Shown here: in pieces, positions 31,114-49,629 of the stretch
Layout: each line of letters begins with the position of its first letter
Numbering within the stretch: position 1 is the first letter of the stretch
Assembly (NCBI RefSeq): GCF_009914755.1
Contig: NC_060926.1
Length of the DNA: 64,000 nt
Strand: one strand, 5' to 3'
From: the human T2T-CHM13v2.0 reference genome, Homo sapiens
The notes under the pieces: model-generated
Databases searched by the model: none
What the model was told of the DNA's origin: nothing
The model's input: the letters and a program-made list of their open reading frames with translations, nothing else
Translations under genes and position numbers: made by a program

Positions 31114-32589
31114 CAGGCTCTGAAATTAATTACCCTCACAATTCCTTGAAGCCTTTATTCTACTCTATTTGATCAGCACCAATAGCTTAAGAAGAGAAAT
31201 TCATCTTCATGATCCTTAGTATATTGCACTGTGAAAAGAGCCTGTACTCTTCTCCAAGCAGATTGAAATGCATAATTTTTCAACTGAATGCAAAAGAGGA
31301 ACAACAAGGATTATTTAATACAGTGACTAATTCCCTTTCTCTCTCCAATTAGTCTGGGTTTAAAGAAGTGAAAAAAAATGCAAGAATTTCCAAAGACTTA
31401 GCCCTGTTTCAAGTGCTTTGAGATATAGGAAAGGAATATAAAATACATTGCAGGTATGAAATTAACAGTCTGCCATTGGAAGGGCAGTATTAGTATACCT
31501 GAAATCATCAGTTTACAATACAACGTTATGTAATTAATGGCTAAGTTGTGTGGGACTGCCTCCTTGCCCACCATAATACCTAATTCTGGATATCCTTTCA
31601 AATGTGCTTTTGATTCAGAATAACAAAGTTATAACAAGTTGAAAATAACACAAAAGTACTTTCTTGGCCTGAATCATTATATTTTCTCTTTAGTGCTGCC
31701 ATTGTAAAGATGAACTGTATAATGTATGGGGTGCTTCTTGACATGTTTTCTAAACAGGGCTTCAGGCCAGGTGATGTTCCTGAATATTTGTAATAAAAGT
31801 GACAACTAAGGAGAAAGATTATGGCATCTGATACCATGTGGCCATTTGGTAGCAGCTCAATAAATATATATCAATTGCTTTCCTTCCAGGTGTGATGAAA
31901 GAGCACCTGGTTCCCTTAGAATCACAGAAGTAAAGAAGTAGTTGGGATTCATCAGAGCATGCTGTGCCAGCTTCTCAGATGAGTGTATCCTTGAATACCC
32001 AGTATCCAGAGCTTCTCTCTGCATCCCTTTGACTTTTACCAGTAAGGCTCTTTTCCCTTTACTCAGAATGAGCATGCCAACCTTTTTCCATTTTTTTTCC
32101 AAGTCTTGCTAGTAACCTTTTGTGGAACCCACCAGCTAACTCTTCTGAGAAGAGAGAAACTAGAGCTGTCTATTGCAACTCTCTCATCTTTCTACTCTGG
32201 TCTACAAAGGCTTCTGCAATCCTACTCAACATTTCTTTTCTCGGTACATTTTCTCAGTGGAAAACATTTCTGCCTTCAATCCAAGACTAAATTCTCTGCC
32301 TGTGTCCCTGGGCTTCTGTGATGAGTATTCTCTCTCCCTAGAACTCCCTTTTCTCACTGCCCTTGTAATGGAACTCAGCTCCAGTCTTGCCTCCTCTAAG
32401 TAGGGTGTCTTCTCTTTTTCTGGGCACCATTACACACTCAGGAACCTCAAAGGAATGCAAACCCATGGCAGCGATTTCATCTCCCCTAGCATGTTAGGTT
32501 GGTGTCCTCATTAGAACTATTATGCCCTCAAATGAGGAAGCTTATCTTATTTGACAGATGGATATTTGTCTGAAATTTTCCATATTTGT

Positions 32590-34150
32590 TTTAATACTTA
32601 TTAAAAGTGTGATAAATCTTTATTGAGGAAAGTTCAGAAAACAGAAACCTATAAGAACATACAAATAATTACTGATGTCCCACTTCAGAAATGGTTACTC
32701 TTCAGTTGTGTAAATTTCCCTCTAGTCATTTTCTTTACCAAATTTATAGAAATAACATTCCATTTTACATTTGTAAAATGTTTATAATTTATATCTTTCT
32801 TTCCGGCTCAACATTATATTATAAGCAGTAGTTCACAGCATTAAAAGGCCTTCAAATATATAATATTTATTCCTATAACTTATTTAACCTTTCCAGAAAT
32901 GTTTTTTGTTGCTGTTGCAAATTTCTACATATATATAAAGTTATGGTAAAAAAATTTTTATATATAAATACTGTCCACATCTATTAAGATTTTTCCCTTA
33001 AATCAGCATTATTGGCTCAAAGGTACATACCTCATAAATATTATTAAAAATGTTTAAGATTCTTAACTATACTTGGCAAATTGTTTCCTAGAAGTTAGCA
33101 CTAACTCGTATTTTCATGTGTATCATATGAAAATGACAATGTCAGTGTCCACTCATTAGTATCAATGACTATTTTTGAAATCTGCTAGTTTGATTGGAAA
33201 AAGTTAGTATCTGACTTTTAAACTGGCATTTCCTTGATAATAAGTTGAAAATTTGGCATTTCCTTAATAAGTTGAAAATTTATCATTTACAGGTGTTAGT
33301 TATTTGTATATCTGCTTTTGGTGAACTGTCTACATTAGTATTTTGGGAGGAGGTTTTTTTTTCTGCTGGTGTCTTGGCAATGAACTCTTTAGGTATGAAA
33401 GACATAAACATTTATTATTTGTATTTTTTAAAATTTATGAAATTTTAAATGTAATTTTTAAAAATTCAAAAATTTATCCTTTTGGTTTATAATAATTCAT
33501 TCTCCTTTTATATTTATCAAATACTTCTTCATCTACATAAATGTATAATTATATGTGAGATTTTTATGGTTTAATTATTTGCATGGTACTAGAATGTTCT
33601 TGAGAGTATAGTGTTGTCTAGAATTCTAAATAAAGTTTTTATTTCCTTATAACTTAATTTTCTATAGCATGTTTAAGTATCCCATTTTTCACCAATGTTT
33701 AGTATTCTTCTATTACATATTTACCAAGTTTATTAACTGTTTATGTAAAACACCTTATGTATTCATTTATATATTATGTTTATTATATATACTTATAATA
33801 TCCATATATAAAACTTATTTAAATGTATATACACACTTATATACATTATGCCTATAAACATTGCTGTATACATGAAATGTATATATAACAGATACCTAGT
33901 ATATACTAATATGTTCTGACTATATATTTTTATATGACTATTGTGTGTGAATATGTGTGTATGTGTTTCCTGAGTTATCTAATCAATTTCATGGATCTAC
34001 TGATCTATTTATGCAATAGTAAGACTATTTTAATTATTGCAGTTTAAAAATACCTGGTAAGAAGGCCCCACCCTTTATTCTTCTTTTTCAATGTTATAAC
34101 AATAGCCTAACATTTTATGTAATATAAATATTATATAAATAAAACTTGAG
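32590..34150 (-). mobile_element. Highly diverged L1ME-like fragments
   Basis: ttggctcaaaggta, ttgtttcctagaag, gcatttcctt, tttaattattgcagttt; AT-rich. Confidence 0.5.
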
Positions 34151-34159
34151 AATAGCTGT

Positions 34160-34506
34160 TGCTATCATATGAATGTTTCTGTCTTCCCAAAATTCATACA
34201 TTGAAATCCTGGTGCCAAAGATGATGGGATTAGTAGGTGTGGCCTTTGGGAGGTGATTGGATCTGAAGGCTTCATGAGTGGGATTAGTGGCCTCATAAAA
34301 GAGGCCCAGGGGAGCTCAGTTGTTCTTCTACCATGCTAGGAAATGATGAGAAGGTGCCATCTATGAACTAGGAGGTAGGCCCTAGACAGACATCAAATCT
34401 GACAGCATCTTGATCCAGACTCTAGAAGTGTGAGAAATAAAATGTCTCTGGTTTACAAACCACCCAGTTTACAGTATTTTGCTAGAGCAGACTGAATGGA
34501 TTAATA
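34160..34506 (+). mobile_element. MLT1A-like MaLR LTR
   Basis: CCCAAAATTCATACATTGAAATCCT; GGCCTTTGGGAGGTGATT; GCCATCTATGAAC; GTGAGAAATAAA; CCACCCAGTTTACAGTATTTTG. Confidence 0.85.
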
Positions 34507-35125
34507 GTTCACTATGCCATCTCTGCTCCTTCCTTACTGTCCACCATCAAAATCCTTAAAATTCACTTGAAGTTTTTTGGATTCTATGTATTATCTTGGA
34601 AACAAATAGAATTTTTATAATATTCACGTTTTGTCTTTGGGAATATGACCTGTCTCTCCAAATCTTCAAATCTTCTTTGACATTGTGTTTCAGTTTTATA
34701 GTTTTGTTCATATAGGTCTAGGTCCAATTTGGGGCTGTTATTGGATTTTTATCCATTTTCTAATTGGTTATTTATGATCTACAGAAAATGATTTGTATAT
34801 TTATAACAATCTGATTTCTGTATTTTTTAAACTCAGAAAGTTTTTGCAGTTAGTTTTTTTTAATTATAAAAAGTTACAGATGTACAGGAAGTTTTATATG
34901 ATAATGTAATAAATATCCTCTGTAAGGGATTTTATATCTATATTTATACATGAATTTATATTTTCATTTCATCAATTCATTAATTATCCTTTTTAAAGTG
35001 TTATGCATATATTTTTATGGTTTTCAGATTATGTTTAATACCTTCTTGGTATTTCAGAAGCAGCAATATTTTGAAAATAGCTAAACATAATCTTTGGCAT
35101 GTGTTGTTAAGGAGTTAAAAATATG

Positions 35126-37793
<2,668 letters not shown>

Positions 37794-38284
37794 AGTTAAA
37801 AATAGATCCAAACTTTTATTGAATTATTGCTGAGGTATACATTAATAGGGTATTGGAAAGACAGTCTGTGATGAGAAAATAGGTTTTATCTTTTGCATCA
37901 GCTGCATGTGGCTGTTAGTGGCTGCTTGAAGCATTCTCTTGAAAAGGATAATAAGTCTAAGACTAAACTCAATGAAAAGGAATGGTGCACTTGATTATTA
38001 ATACCTGACATGGATGCAGAAGAAAGAAATAATGACACCTGCAGTACAAAATTGACATCTGTGGGCCAAATCCTCACTAGATGAAGCAAAAGTCTTAAGT
38101 CATATTTAAACAAAACTAACATTTAATTTTTTGTTTTTTTTGTGTTAAGTACAATTTCATGCTAATAAAAATTAACATTATCAAACTTTAGTTTATGAAT
38201 CGCTAACCACACATTTCAAAGTTTGAAAGGTACACAAGGTGTAAAGTTAAAAACTCTGCTTCCCATTACAAGAAAAAGACCATT

Positions 38285-38502
38285 ATTCAGGGTAGTTTCA
38301 GGTTCACAGCAAAATTGAGAGGAAAGTACAGAAACTTCCTATTTCCCCCATGCTCCCACCCATGCCTAACCTCCATTATCAACATCCTCCTGCAGAAGAG
38401 TAGGTTTGCTGCAATTGATGAAGCTACTTTGATACATCATTGCTACCCAGAGTCCATAGTTTATATTAGGGTTCCCTCTTTGGTGTTGTACACTCTATGG
38501 TT
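38285..38502 (-). mobile_element. L1MC1/2-like 3' end
   Basis: ggttcacagcaaaattgagaggaaagtacaga ... caattgatgaa ... gtccatagtttatattagggttc. Confidence 0.75.
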
Positions 38503-38665
38503 TTTTTTAGAGCAGTGATTTCCAGACTTCTTACTTTTGAAGACTTCTTTTTTTATGATAGAACTATCATGGACTTCACTGTAGTATTGTAACATTACAT
38601 ATTTTCTCAAGCAATGGATATTTAAAGTCCAACTATTATATGCCCAATTAACATGTTTAATTTGT

Positions 38666-39039
<374 letters not shown>

Positions 39040-39569
39040 TTATTTATGAAATATATGGTTTTATTTATTCAGTGTATTGACAGTACTTGAAAGACATATA
39101 GACCCTCAACTCCCTTTGCAGTTCAATGGTAAAATGACCAAAACCGCAATGATAATGAACAATACTTAACCATTTCCCAACCAAAACAATTCAGAGAAAC
39201 AAAATCTGCAATAGTAAGAGAACAGAAAATTTTAAATCATGATGATTTATAGGGTTTCTATTTATGGAGTGTTTGCTGTCTGTCAAGGATTAAACTAAAT
39301 ACTTTTCATTCCTCCTTTCTTTTAGTTATCATGACTATGCTATGATCACATATTAAGTTTGCACAGTGGATAAGTTGTGCACCTAGGCTTTAAGGATGGA
39401 TCTCGCTGGCTCTAATCCGTGTGTTGTTGCCACACATCTCCTGCCCATCTAAGCATCTAGTTAGTCTAAGGCATTCTGCTTTGGGGTTTAGAATACATTA
39501 TATATTGTAAATTTAATTTCAGGCTTATCTTTTAATTATCATTGTCTTAGGTCAAGATTAAGATAAATC

Positions 39570-39878
39570 GGCTGGGTGCGGTGGCTCACGCCTGTAATCC
39601 CAGCACTTTGGGAGGCCGAGGCGGGCGGATCATGAGGTCAGGAGATCGAGACCATCCTGGCTAACACGGTGAAACCCCATCTCTACTAAAAATACAAAAA
39701 ATTAGCTGGGCGTGGTGGCGGGCGCCTGTAGTCCCAGCTACTCGGGAGGCTGAGGCAGGAGAATGGCGTGAACCCTGGAGGTGGAGCTTGCAGTGAGCCG
39801 AGATTTGCGCCACTGCACTCCAGCCTGGGCGACAGAGCGAGACTCAGTCTCAAAAAAAAAAAAAAAAAAAAAAAAAAA
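39570..39878 (+). mobile_element. AluY, full length
   Basis: GGCTAACACGGTGAAA, GAATGGCGTGAACC, pure poly-A; perfect 16-bp TSD AAGATTAAGATAAATC. Confidence 0.97.
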
Positions 39879-40176
39879 GATTAAGATAAATCTATATGTT
39901 TTGAATGCACATTAGCTGAGGACCACTTGGGATAATCCAGAATAAAATATGTGGTAAGAAAAATTTAGGTGGGTATTAGATTATTACAATGGGTGACTGG
40001 AAACTGGGATGCCCTATATCCAAGAACACACCCATGGTTCTTGAAATACATATTTCATTTAACCCTATATAAAGGGAGATAAGACGAATCAATAAAGCTC
40101 AAATGGCTTACATTTGATAAACTGAAGAAATAATGTTTAGATGACATAGAAGTAGAGAAAAAATTAGGCACCTTAG

Positions 40177-40470
<294 letters not shown>

Positions 40471-40537
40471 AAAGACTCACTTTTAATTTTACTTTTACAA
40501 TTTGACCAGTCTTGGCTATGTCACATAGGTAATTTAA

Positions 40538-40540
40538 ACA

Positions 40541-40582
<42 letters not shown>
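40538..40582. repeat. (CA)n microsatellite
   Basis: Direct observation. Confidence 0.95.
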
Positions 40583-40584
<2 letters not shown>

Positions 40585-41381
40585 TATTTTAATGTTTGAA
40601 CAAAATTTGAAACTGTTAAGTTTCAGTTTCCCTTACAATCAGCCCTGTTTTCCAGTCCCCTGGATAATATTGTAGGTCCTTATGTGAACTGCTTTTTTTT
40701 TTTTTTAAATTTGGCTCAAGTGCACACATTCTATTGGCCTCTGTATCTATAAAAGGGATCTCTTTCATAAACACTTTTCATTGCCAGTACTGTAGGAAAT
40801 GCAAATATACCGCATGGCATCTGTTTTGCAATTAATTAGTGTTAAAAAGAGACAGCAGCTTTATTATTATTTCTCCAATAGTTATTTCCCAAGACAAGAT
40901 ATGCTTCTTTACTTATCACTGTGGGAATAATTCTGTATTGAGTGCCCTGTGACTAGAAGAACTAAAAACATCAACATTTAAATTCACCTTCTCCCCCTAG
41001 CTGGAGAATTGAAATCACTACATCACAAATATTCCATCACTTCTACAGGCTATGAATCAGGGCACAAGGTGAAATATTACAGAATGACATCTAGCATTAA
41101 TTATTATGACATGGCATGAATCCTTATATAGATATATTTACAGCAGCAGCCATTATTGTTATAAGAAGTATTAATTACATACTATTAATCCATTGTCCTC
41201 CGTGGGTTGACTCATACTAATAAACATTAAAAATGATTCAGATTTATATTTGAGATCATTTTAGTCTTTTATAATTGGTGAAAATTGAGAAATATCAAAA
41301 GGTTTACGTTATGGGTTAGTCCACTGAGATTATCTTATATCACATGATCCCCCTAGGTTGGTGGGAATAAAGAAGTCACTA

Positions 41382-41741
<360 letters not shown>

Positions 41742-43218
41742 TCAAAGTGTTTGGCCCCTTAGCACTTTGTAAACATAAACGCAGTTGTGTCTATACAGAT
41801 GTGTTTGCTGTTTACTAAGCAAATATTATCTTTGCCAAAAATTCAAGTGCCATAACTTTGTTTCCTTTTGTGTAAGATCAGTTAAGAGTTTATGTAAAGT
41901 GCGTGCTTTTACGTAAATAGCATGTTTAATATTACACTGAAGACAATTCAAAATACAAACATGAAAGCTACTATTTTTTTGTTTCTTATGCTTTCATTTA
42001 TGTTGGTTGGCAAACAGTCTAGTCGTGTTCCTTAATGTGGCACTTTTGGTCAGTTCATCATATTCAACAACTTTACGTTGACTCAACAGGAGAACTTTTA
42101 AGAAACTTGTTGCAAGTTATGAATGGAAAGAGAATGTCAAAACCAGTAATGCAAGAACTTGTTTTCAACGTTGTATTCCAGTCTGTCACATCTCTACTTT
42201 TTCTCAGGTTTTCCATTTTGTGTTAAAAAATAAATTATACTGTAGTCTGAAAGTTGACATTCAGTTTACCAGGCTGTAATAATTTTTAAGACAACAGTTT
42301 AAATAGTCTGTTAGGCAATAGGAGTTTTATTCTTTAGTCAAATGCCATTGGTAATTTTAGAATGATGTATTTCCCTTCAGCACTATAGAAGTTGAAGATT
42401 ATATGCTCTGGCAGCCACATTCTGTGACAAATCTGAGTAAATTTACATAATATTTCATCAATTCCTAGTGGGGGAAGGGCATTTACAAAGGAATTACAGG
42501 TCCTTAGAAAGACGGCACTACACAGTGCAAATAATCACATAAATTAGGTTTTTGTAGTAATCAAATTTGGGAAAAATGTAATTGAATTCTGGGGAAAGGG
42601 ATCAACAAAGGAATGCAGAGACTGTGGGACTTAGCACTTCATTTGTGCTCAACTCAGACGCAAAATTTAAAACTCCAAAGGAAACTAAGACACGGTGGAC
42701 ATTTTTATATTCTCTGTCCTTTGTAAGATTTCAGAAGACATGTGGAGATATCCAATTTACTACAAAGAGTAAAAGGAACTGTACAGGTCTACAGAACTGA
42801 CACTCAAGATTAGTGATGCCATTTCCTGTATCAAAAATTCAAAATCATGAAAGTCACGATGACTCATGACAGAGCAGGACATTGTGACGTGGCTCATCTG
42901 GTACTGTAAGTATTCTGGGATCCTTTCTCCCAGCCTCCCACTGTACCCATGACTTCAGCCACATCCCTGCAATTGACCTCATCCCTGACCCTCACCCCTC
43001 ATACTCACTGTAGCCCGGACTCCTACCCTTTCATTGGTCATTTATTGTCACCTTCTCCTTTATTCTTATTCCCCCAGAAATCAGCTCCATCCTGAGCTGC
43101 ATCCTGTAGTTGAGAGAAGCAGCTATCAGTGATAGATAGGTCAGGCTCAGAGACAGGGTGAATGATACATCTTATTTGATAAAGAAAAAACAATAATAAC
43201 ATCAAAATGGCAATGGTT

Positions 43219-43583
<365 letters not shown>

Positions 43584-45049
43584 TCAAATGTTCCTCCTAT
43601 TAAAATACGTGGTGTCCAAATGCCACACACCCCCTGTGGCAATACTGTCTGGGGCACTGGCTTGGCCCTGAGAGGAAAGTAAAAAATGCCCTGTGGATTC
43701 TAATAGGTTGCAGTCAAATCAATCCTACCCGACATGCAGGGAGTCAGATGGAGAATCATGCTATTGTCACTGCTAGTTTGACTCTGAAGAGACTTAGATC
43801 CAAATTCATCAGGCATTCCTCTGCTCAAATGTGGAATATAGAGTTTATCCATATGACTTGCATGAAGGCAGCATTGTTGTAAGATAAAGGAGGCAATTAT
43901 TTTGTAAAGGATTGTACCTTTTCCTTAGCATTTTAATGTTGATGGTGTGGGATCATATGTTTCATAAGCTGAAAGAAACTTAAGGTGACTATTTGCTTTA
44001 CTGATGTTTGTGTTTCAGATAGGAATGCCTGAGGTTGAATGGCACACAGAGCGAGAAAGCTTCTGACGCTATTTAAGTCTCTTGGTGCCGAATGGCTGGT
44101 GGGCTTGTCAAGGCTGGGAATGTCGAGGAGTTGTAAGTGGGTGGCAGAGTTAAGAAAAAATGACAAAGTGAGAGCTGGTTTTTTTTGAACTCATATTTTC
44201 CTCTTTTTCTCCTCTGAAAATATGGTCACTCTATTAATTTCTTGTTAACCAACTGTATTGGGAGACAACGGGTCCTGAAGTAATGTCTCACCTCATATTA
44301 TGAATTGGAAACAAAATTCCTCATAAATCTCTAAACAGTCTGTCTTGTTTTGATATTAAAGGGGAGAGGGAGAAGTAGAGGAGGGGTGAAGGAGAGAAGC
44401 AGGCAGGGAGGGGAAGCAAGGGGACGAAGAAGAAGGGACAATGTCTAGAGCTGCAACATAGAGCAATGCCTCTCTCATGGCGGCAGCACTTTTCCTAAGT
44501 GGGATTGAGCTCTCCAGGGTGCTCCCTTCCTCCTCTCTGCCCTGGGAATTTTTAGCAACAGCTGCTTGCAAAAGACCTCTGGATCCCTAACCATGTTATT
44601 GACTTCTCCAGCCCTTCTGCAGGATACTGGCTCAGTCACCACACACAGAGCATCAAGTCAAAGGTGAAAAGTGTTCAGGGGAGCTCTGGAGAGATAGTGG
44701 GCTGTCTCTAGGACAGCCATGCAGCAGGCCCCCCTCCAAACCTTCCTGCTCTAAGTAACCAGGCTTCTTAGAATAAATATTTCCCTAAATGATTCACTGA
44801 AGTGGTATAACATGTCATGTTCACAAATCTAAACTCATATATAAATACATGAACGATTATGTTTCTTCCTGAACCAGAATGTTGTCTTTCTTTTGGTAGG
44901 CAAAAGTACTACTGGGTTTTCACAACTATTATTATTAGTGAACTAAAATGAGCATATAAGACAGAATGCAGTTTTTCTTGGGAAATATAGTGGTGAATTC
45001 TCAACAATAGTTTATGTCATTCCTATATGTAACTGTTTAAAATGTGATA

Positions 45050-45995
45050 AAAATTAGGTTCTAAATCATCTATGTAGGAAGCATTTTAAAACATTAAAGA
45101 TTAAATCATTAAAATAAGATACTGATATATTTAATAATAGGGATGTAAAACATTTTATAGAGATATATACCATGAAAAAAATTTAAAAAGATAAATAAAA
45201 ACTGAAAAGAATTTGCAACACACACGTTTGGAAAAAATTAATAACCTTGCTGTATAAAAGGTTCTTATATATCGCAAGAAAATGCTGCTATAGATAATGG
45301 AAAATAAATACAAATGGTACAAATATGAATGCTTAATCTTACTAGAAATGAAATGATTGCAAATTAAAATATGTATAGACTTATCAATCTCAAATGAGAC
45401 CAGTTTATAGAGATATTGTTAGAAATGAAGGGTAAGAAAACTCTAAAATGCTTGTGGGAAATAAATTATTTTACAAACTTTTGGGAATTACAAAGCTGAC
45501 ATTATTTAGTGATTCCGCTTTTAGAAATTTATCCCATGAAATTTGGTGTTGAGTTCACAATACAGTTGTGAAAAGCAATGCTCATTGCAGATTTTATAAT
45601 ATTGGAAATTATCAAAACCTACTTTTAATAAAAGAGTATTAGAGACATTCTAGGGTATTTATATGATGGATATATTAGGAATCATGTGCTCATAAATATT
45701 AATAAGTTATAAATATTAATATATAAATTAACAAATATTAATGCATTACTACATGTAAGTTTAAAAGAACTTCAAGTATGCAATGTCTGCAAATAATTGT
45801 GTTTGTTAATAATGGAAATATACATTTATATAATTCTTTTTAAACTCTGTGCATACATGTATGTGTATATATATTCATATATATAGTATCTATCTCTCTA
45901 TATGCATATATATGCACCTCTCAGTGTTAATGATAATTAATTCTAGGTGTCATAAATGCATAAAAATATTATGTGCTTTTATATTTAAACAAAAA
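45050..45995 (+). mobile_element. Diverged L1ME-like fragment
   Basis: gaatttgcaaca, gaaatgaaatgattgcaaattaaaa, attccgcttttagaaatttatcc, aatgctcattgcag. Confidence 0.55.
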
Positions 45996-48479
45996 ATTTG
46001 CATAAATAAATCTTTCTCCTCCCTGTCCCTCATCTCTCTTACTTACCTATACTGACTTCCCTGACCCTATTCAATGCTCCAGATAGCAACAGAAGGCTGT
46101 AGTGGCGTTGGGAAAAAGAAGTAGAATAAGGTGAATATTTAGTTCACCTTGCTTTGGAGACAGCCTGCCACTCTCTTTAGGTCTCTAAGGAATGAATAGG
46201 CACATCCTCTTCTAGACCCGCTACTGGTATTTTGCTAGCACCTTCTGTGCTCTGACATCCCCTGCACATGCTTCGGATAGCTATGTCCAAGAAAAAAAAC
46301 CGTTCCTTCACAATCCTCAATTTTTATCTAAAATGAACACTGGTCTTTTTATGTAGCTATAATTCTCATAACAGCTTTTAGAAAATACTTTAGTCAGGAG
46401 AAAAACAACTTCAAGTCATCCTGCAAGACAAGGTGCTTCATGGTTAGTATTCACTCCTTGAAAGCAAACATTTCATGAGAAGGAGGGGAAATAAGGAAGG
46501 GAGAGGAGAAAGAAGAAGGATACAGTTATCCCTTAGTCTGTATAAATGTGGCTTTGGGAAATTTCAAAATACTGATGTGATCTAGGCAAACTGATTCACC
46601 CTAAATAATTTAAAATCTTAAATAAGATTTCCAAGCTGGATCAATTAGATGAATGATTCTACCGATCATAGGGAAGCTAAGCTCTCTTAGGCACTGTAAT
46701 AGAGAATGCCTTCTGAAAAATAAGAAAGGAAGACAAAATGCTCCTAGTTTCGGTGAAAAAAAATCATGGGAGACATTCTTATAGTCCAGAGACAGCAGTG
46801 AGTCTGTCAATATCAGTAGAGAGAAAGATTCTGGAGCGGCAAAATGCCGCAAAGGACAAAGACTGACTTGCTGAATTCGTCTGAAAATGTAAGCCAGAAT
46901 AACCGTTCTAGTGCTAAAAAATCACCACCATGCCTGAACATATTTCTGCTACACCTAAATTCTCCACTTACTGTCATTTTTATTTCTTTTCTCTTTAGAA
47001 CAAGTAAAAAACAGGTCTCAATTTTAGGAAAAACGTAATTCATTCTACAACTGACTTGGCTTGGCCATTCCTATCATAAGATGTGAAAGAAGAGCTGGAA
47101 AGTAAGTGTTATTAAAAGACTAGTTTTTCAATAATAGAATAATCGAAGAAGTAAAAATGCATTTAGGCATGAAAGCAATCGTTTGAACATAAGGTGAACT
47201 TTAACTGTTAGTGCAAAACAGTATAAAATTATAAAGAAAGCATTCGTTCGAGTTTACGTTTAAACTTCCAGAAGAAAAATAATCTTAAAATAGTCCCAAA
47301 CATTTGGAGCACTTTTGAATTAGGATTCTTTGAAGCATGAAGATAAATTGATTCCAGGATGATTCCACAAAGGCACCAAAAGAAGTCATAAAGCTGCTGA
47401 GTGCATACAACTGTTGAATGTTTAGTCTATAAGCTCAGCACATTTTCTAGACCTGGGATGATGGAGATTTTATTGCAGATGGGCAAGATGGTTTAAGTTG
47501 GGATAAAGCTATCATTTTGATATACCTGTGAGGCTTAATGTCTCTAGCCCTCAAAAAGTCCTTAAAATGCAAATGTCAACCACACCTAATTGCTTCTGAA
47601 GTTTTAGCTCATTTTAAAGGATTTACAAAGAGTCAATGTTTCCTACCTAGCAACCTACATTGTGTTAGTTGTGTATGAACATATGTGAAACTTCCTAGTG
47701 TAATATAATTTTATTAGACAACCTGAAAACTTTACAGACATAATGTATTAGGTAATACAGTAATTCATTAACACATTGTGTGGCTTTTATTTTATTTATT
47801 TATTTATTTATTTTTTTACTTTGAGAATTTGGTTGGCTGAGGGAAAGAGGATAGTACAACAAACTATTAATGGTTACCTGGAATCAGTACTTCAAATAGT
47901 TTAAATAGTCAGAATGTTAATTTGGAGTCATTTAATCAAGATACTGATTAGGTGCTATAATTTATATCCAGAAAGATAATATGAACCAGGCATTCTACTA
48001 TTTAGAATCTTGGTCCACGTGTCAGTTCCAATGGAGCTGTTCATGTTTAATTGCATTCTGGGACCACATGTGTGTTCCTGCTTATTTACAAGTCTTCTCT
48101 CCCCACCTCCTGGGATTCCTTTATCAATCTTTCATTTATCCTTTTAATCTTCACAGGGCTCAGTGCATTCCTTCCTACAGAGAAAACAAAACAGCTTGTG
48201 TACCTCCCACAATTCTTTACAAGATCTCATTTCTTGATGGTTGCATGGTAGCTCATTAAGCTGCTCTCACTGAGGGTATGAGATGCTAAAGAAGAGGGGA
48301 GGTGGCTGAATGAAAAGGAAAACCAAATATGCACAGGTCCCATGGGCATGTGGGCTTCATCTATATTAGGGAAAAAGGGGGGAAATCCTGTTTTTCTCCA
48401 TGTGGATTCCATTATCTTCTTCTCAGAAGGACAAGCTTGATAGGTCTGCTTTGATGGTGCAGTATTTAGAAAAGAAAAT

Positions 48480-48710
48480 ATCAGGCTTGGAGCCAGATAG
48501 TCCTGAACTGCAATTCAGATCTTAGTTCTGCTGCATTTTGTCTCCATGGCATTGGATGAGTTGCTTGAATTCTTTAAGCTACAGTTTCCTTAACTACAAA
48601 GTGTCAATAAAAGTTCTTAATTTAGCACATTATTTTGAATATGAAACAATATAAATAATTTTGATTGCATGTCTCATAGAATTCAATAAATGGCAGCAAT
48701 TGCTATTATT
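48480..48710 (+). mobile_element. MIR SINE
   Basis: GGCTTGGAGCCAGA ... GAGTTGCTTGAATTCTTTAAGCTACAGTTTCCT ... TCAATAAATGGCAGC. Confidence 0.65.
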
Positions 48711-49033
48711 AATCCTACTAAATGGTTCAGAAAATAGTCCAGCTTCTTGTACACCTACAAACTCATGGCTTATGTAGCCCTAAGCCCAAGAATAGCCTTG
48801 GTTACCTTTCAAGATGACCTAATTTAATTGGTTTAAGTCTATAACCTGAGAATCTATCTCCTCCCTGGGTCTGAATAATCTGGCCCCTCCCAGTTCAAAA
48901 ACGCTGGCTACTAGGTATAAAAATGTTTTATGGGGAAAAAAATGTAACAATCACAATGGAAAAGAAAGAGCAAAGAACTGTAACTCTCTTACATTTTTTT
49001 TGGTTTTGGATTTTTGATTTCAAAATATCCATA

Positions 49034-49391
<358 letters not shown>

Positions 49392-49629
49392 TTAAATATG
49401 TATACACATATATGTGGGTGTGTATTTATATATAGGCATAAAATGCATTGAAATATTCTGAAAGTTTCACAATCTATTATTAACCAGTAACCATGGGGAA
49501 GTGAGTGGGATTCAATGGGTAGTGAATGGGAATTTTTAAGATTTTTAAATTCTAAGTCTGTATTATAATTATTACAAAATCATATTTCATCTATTATTTT
49601 TTCATTTTTGTTTTTAAAGAGCAGTATTC

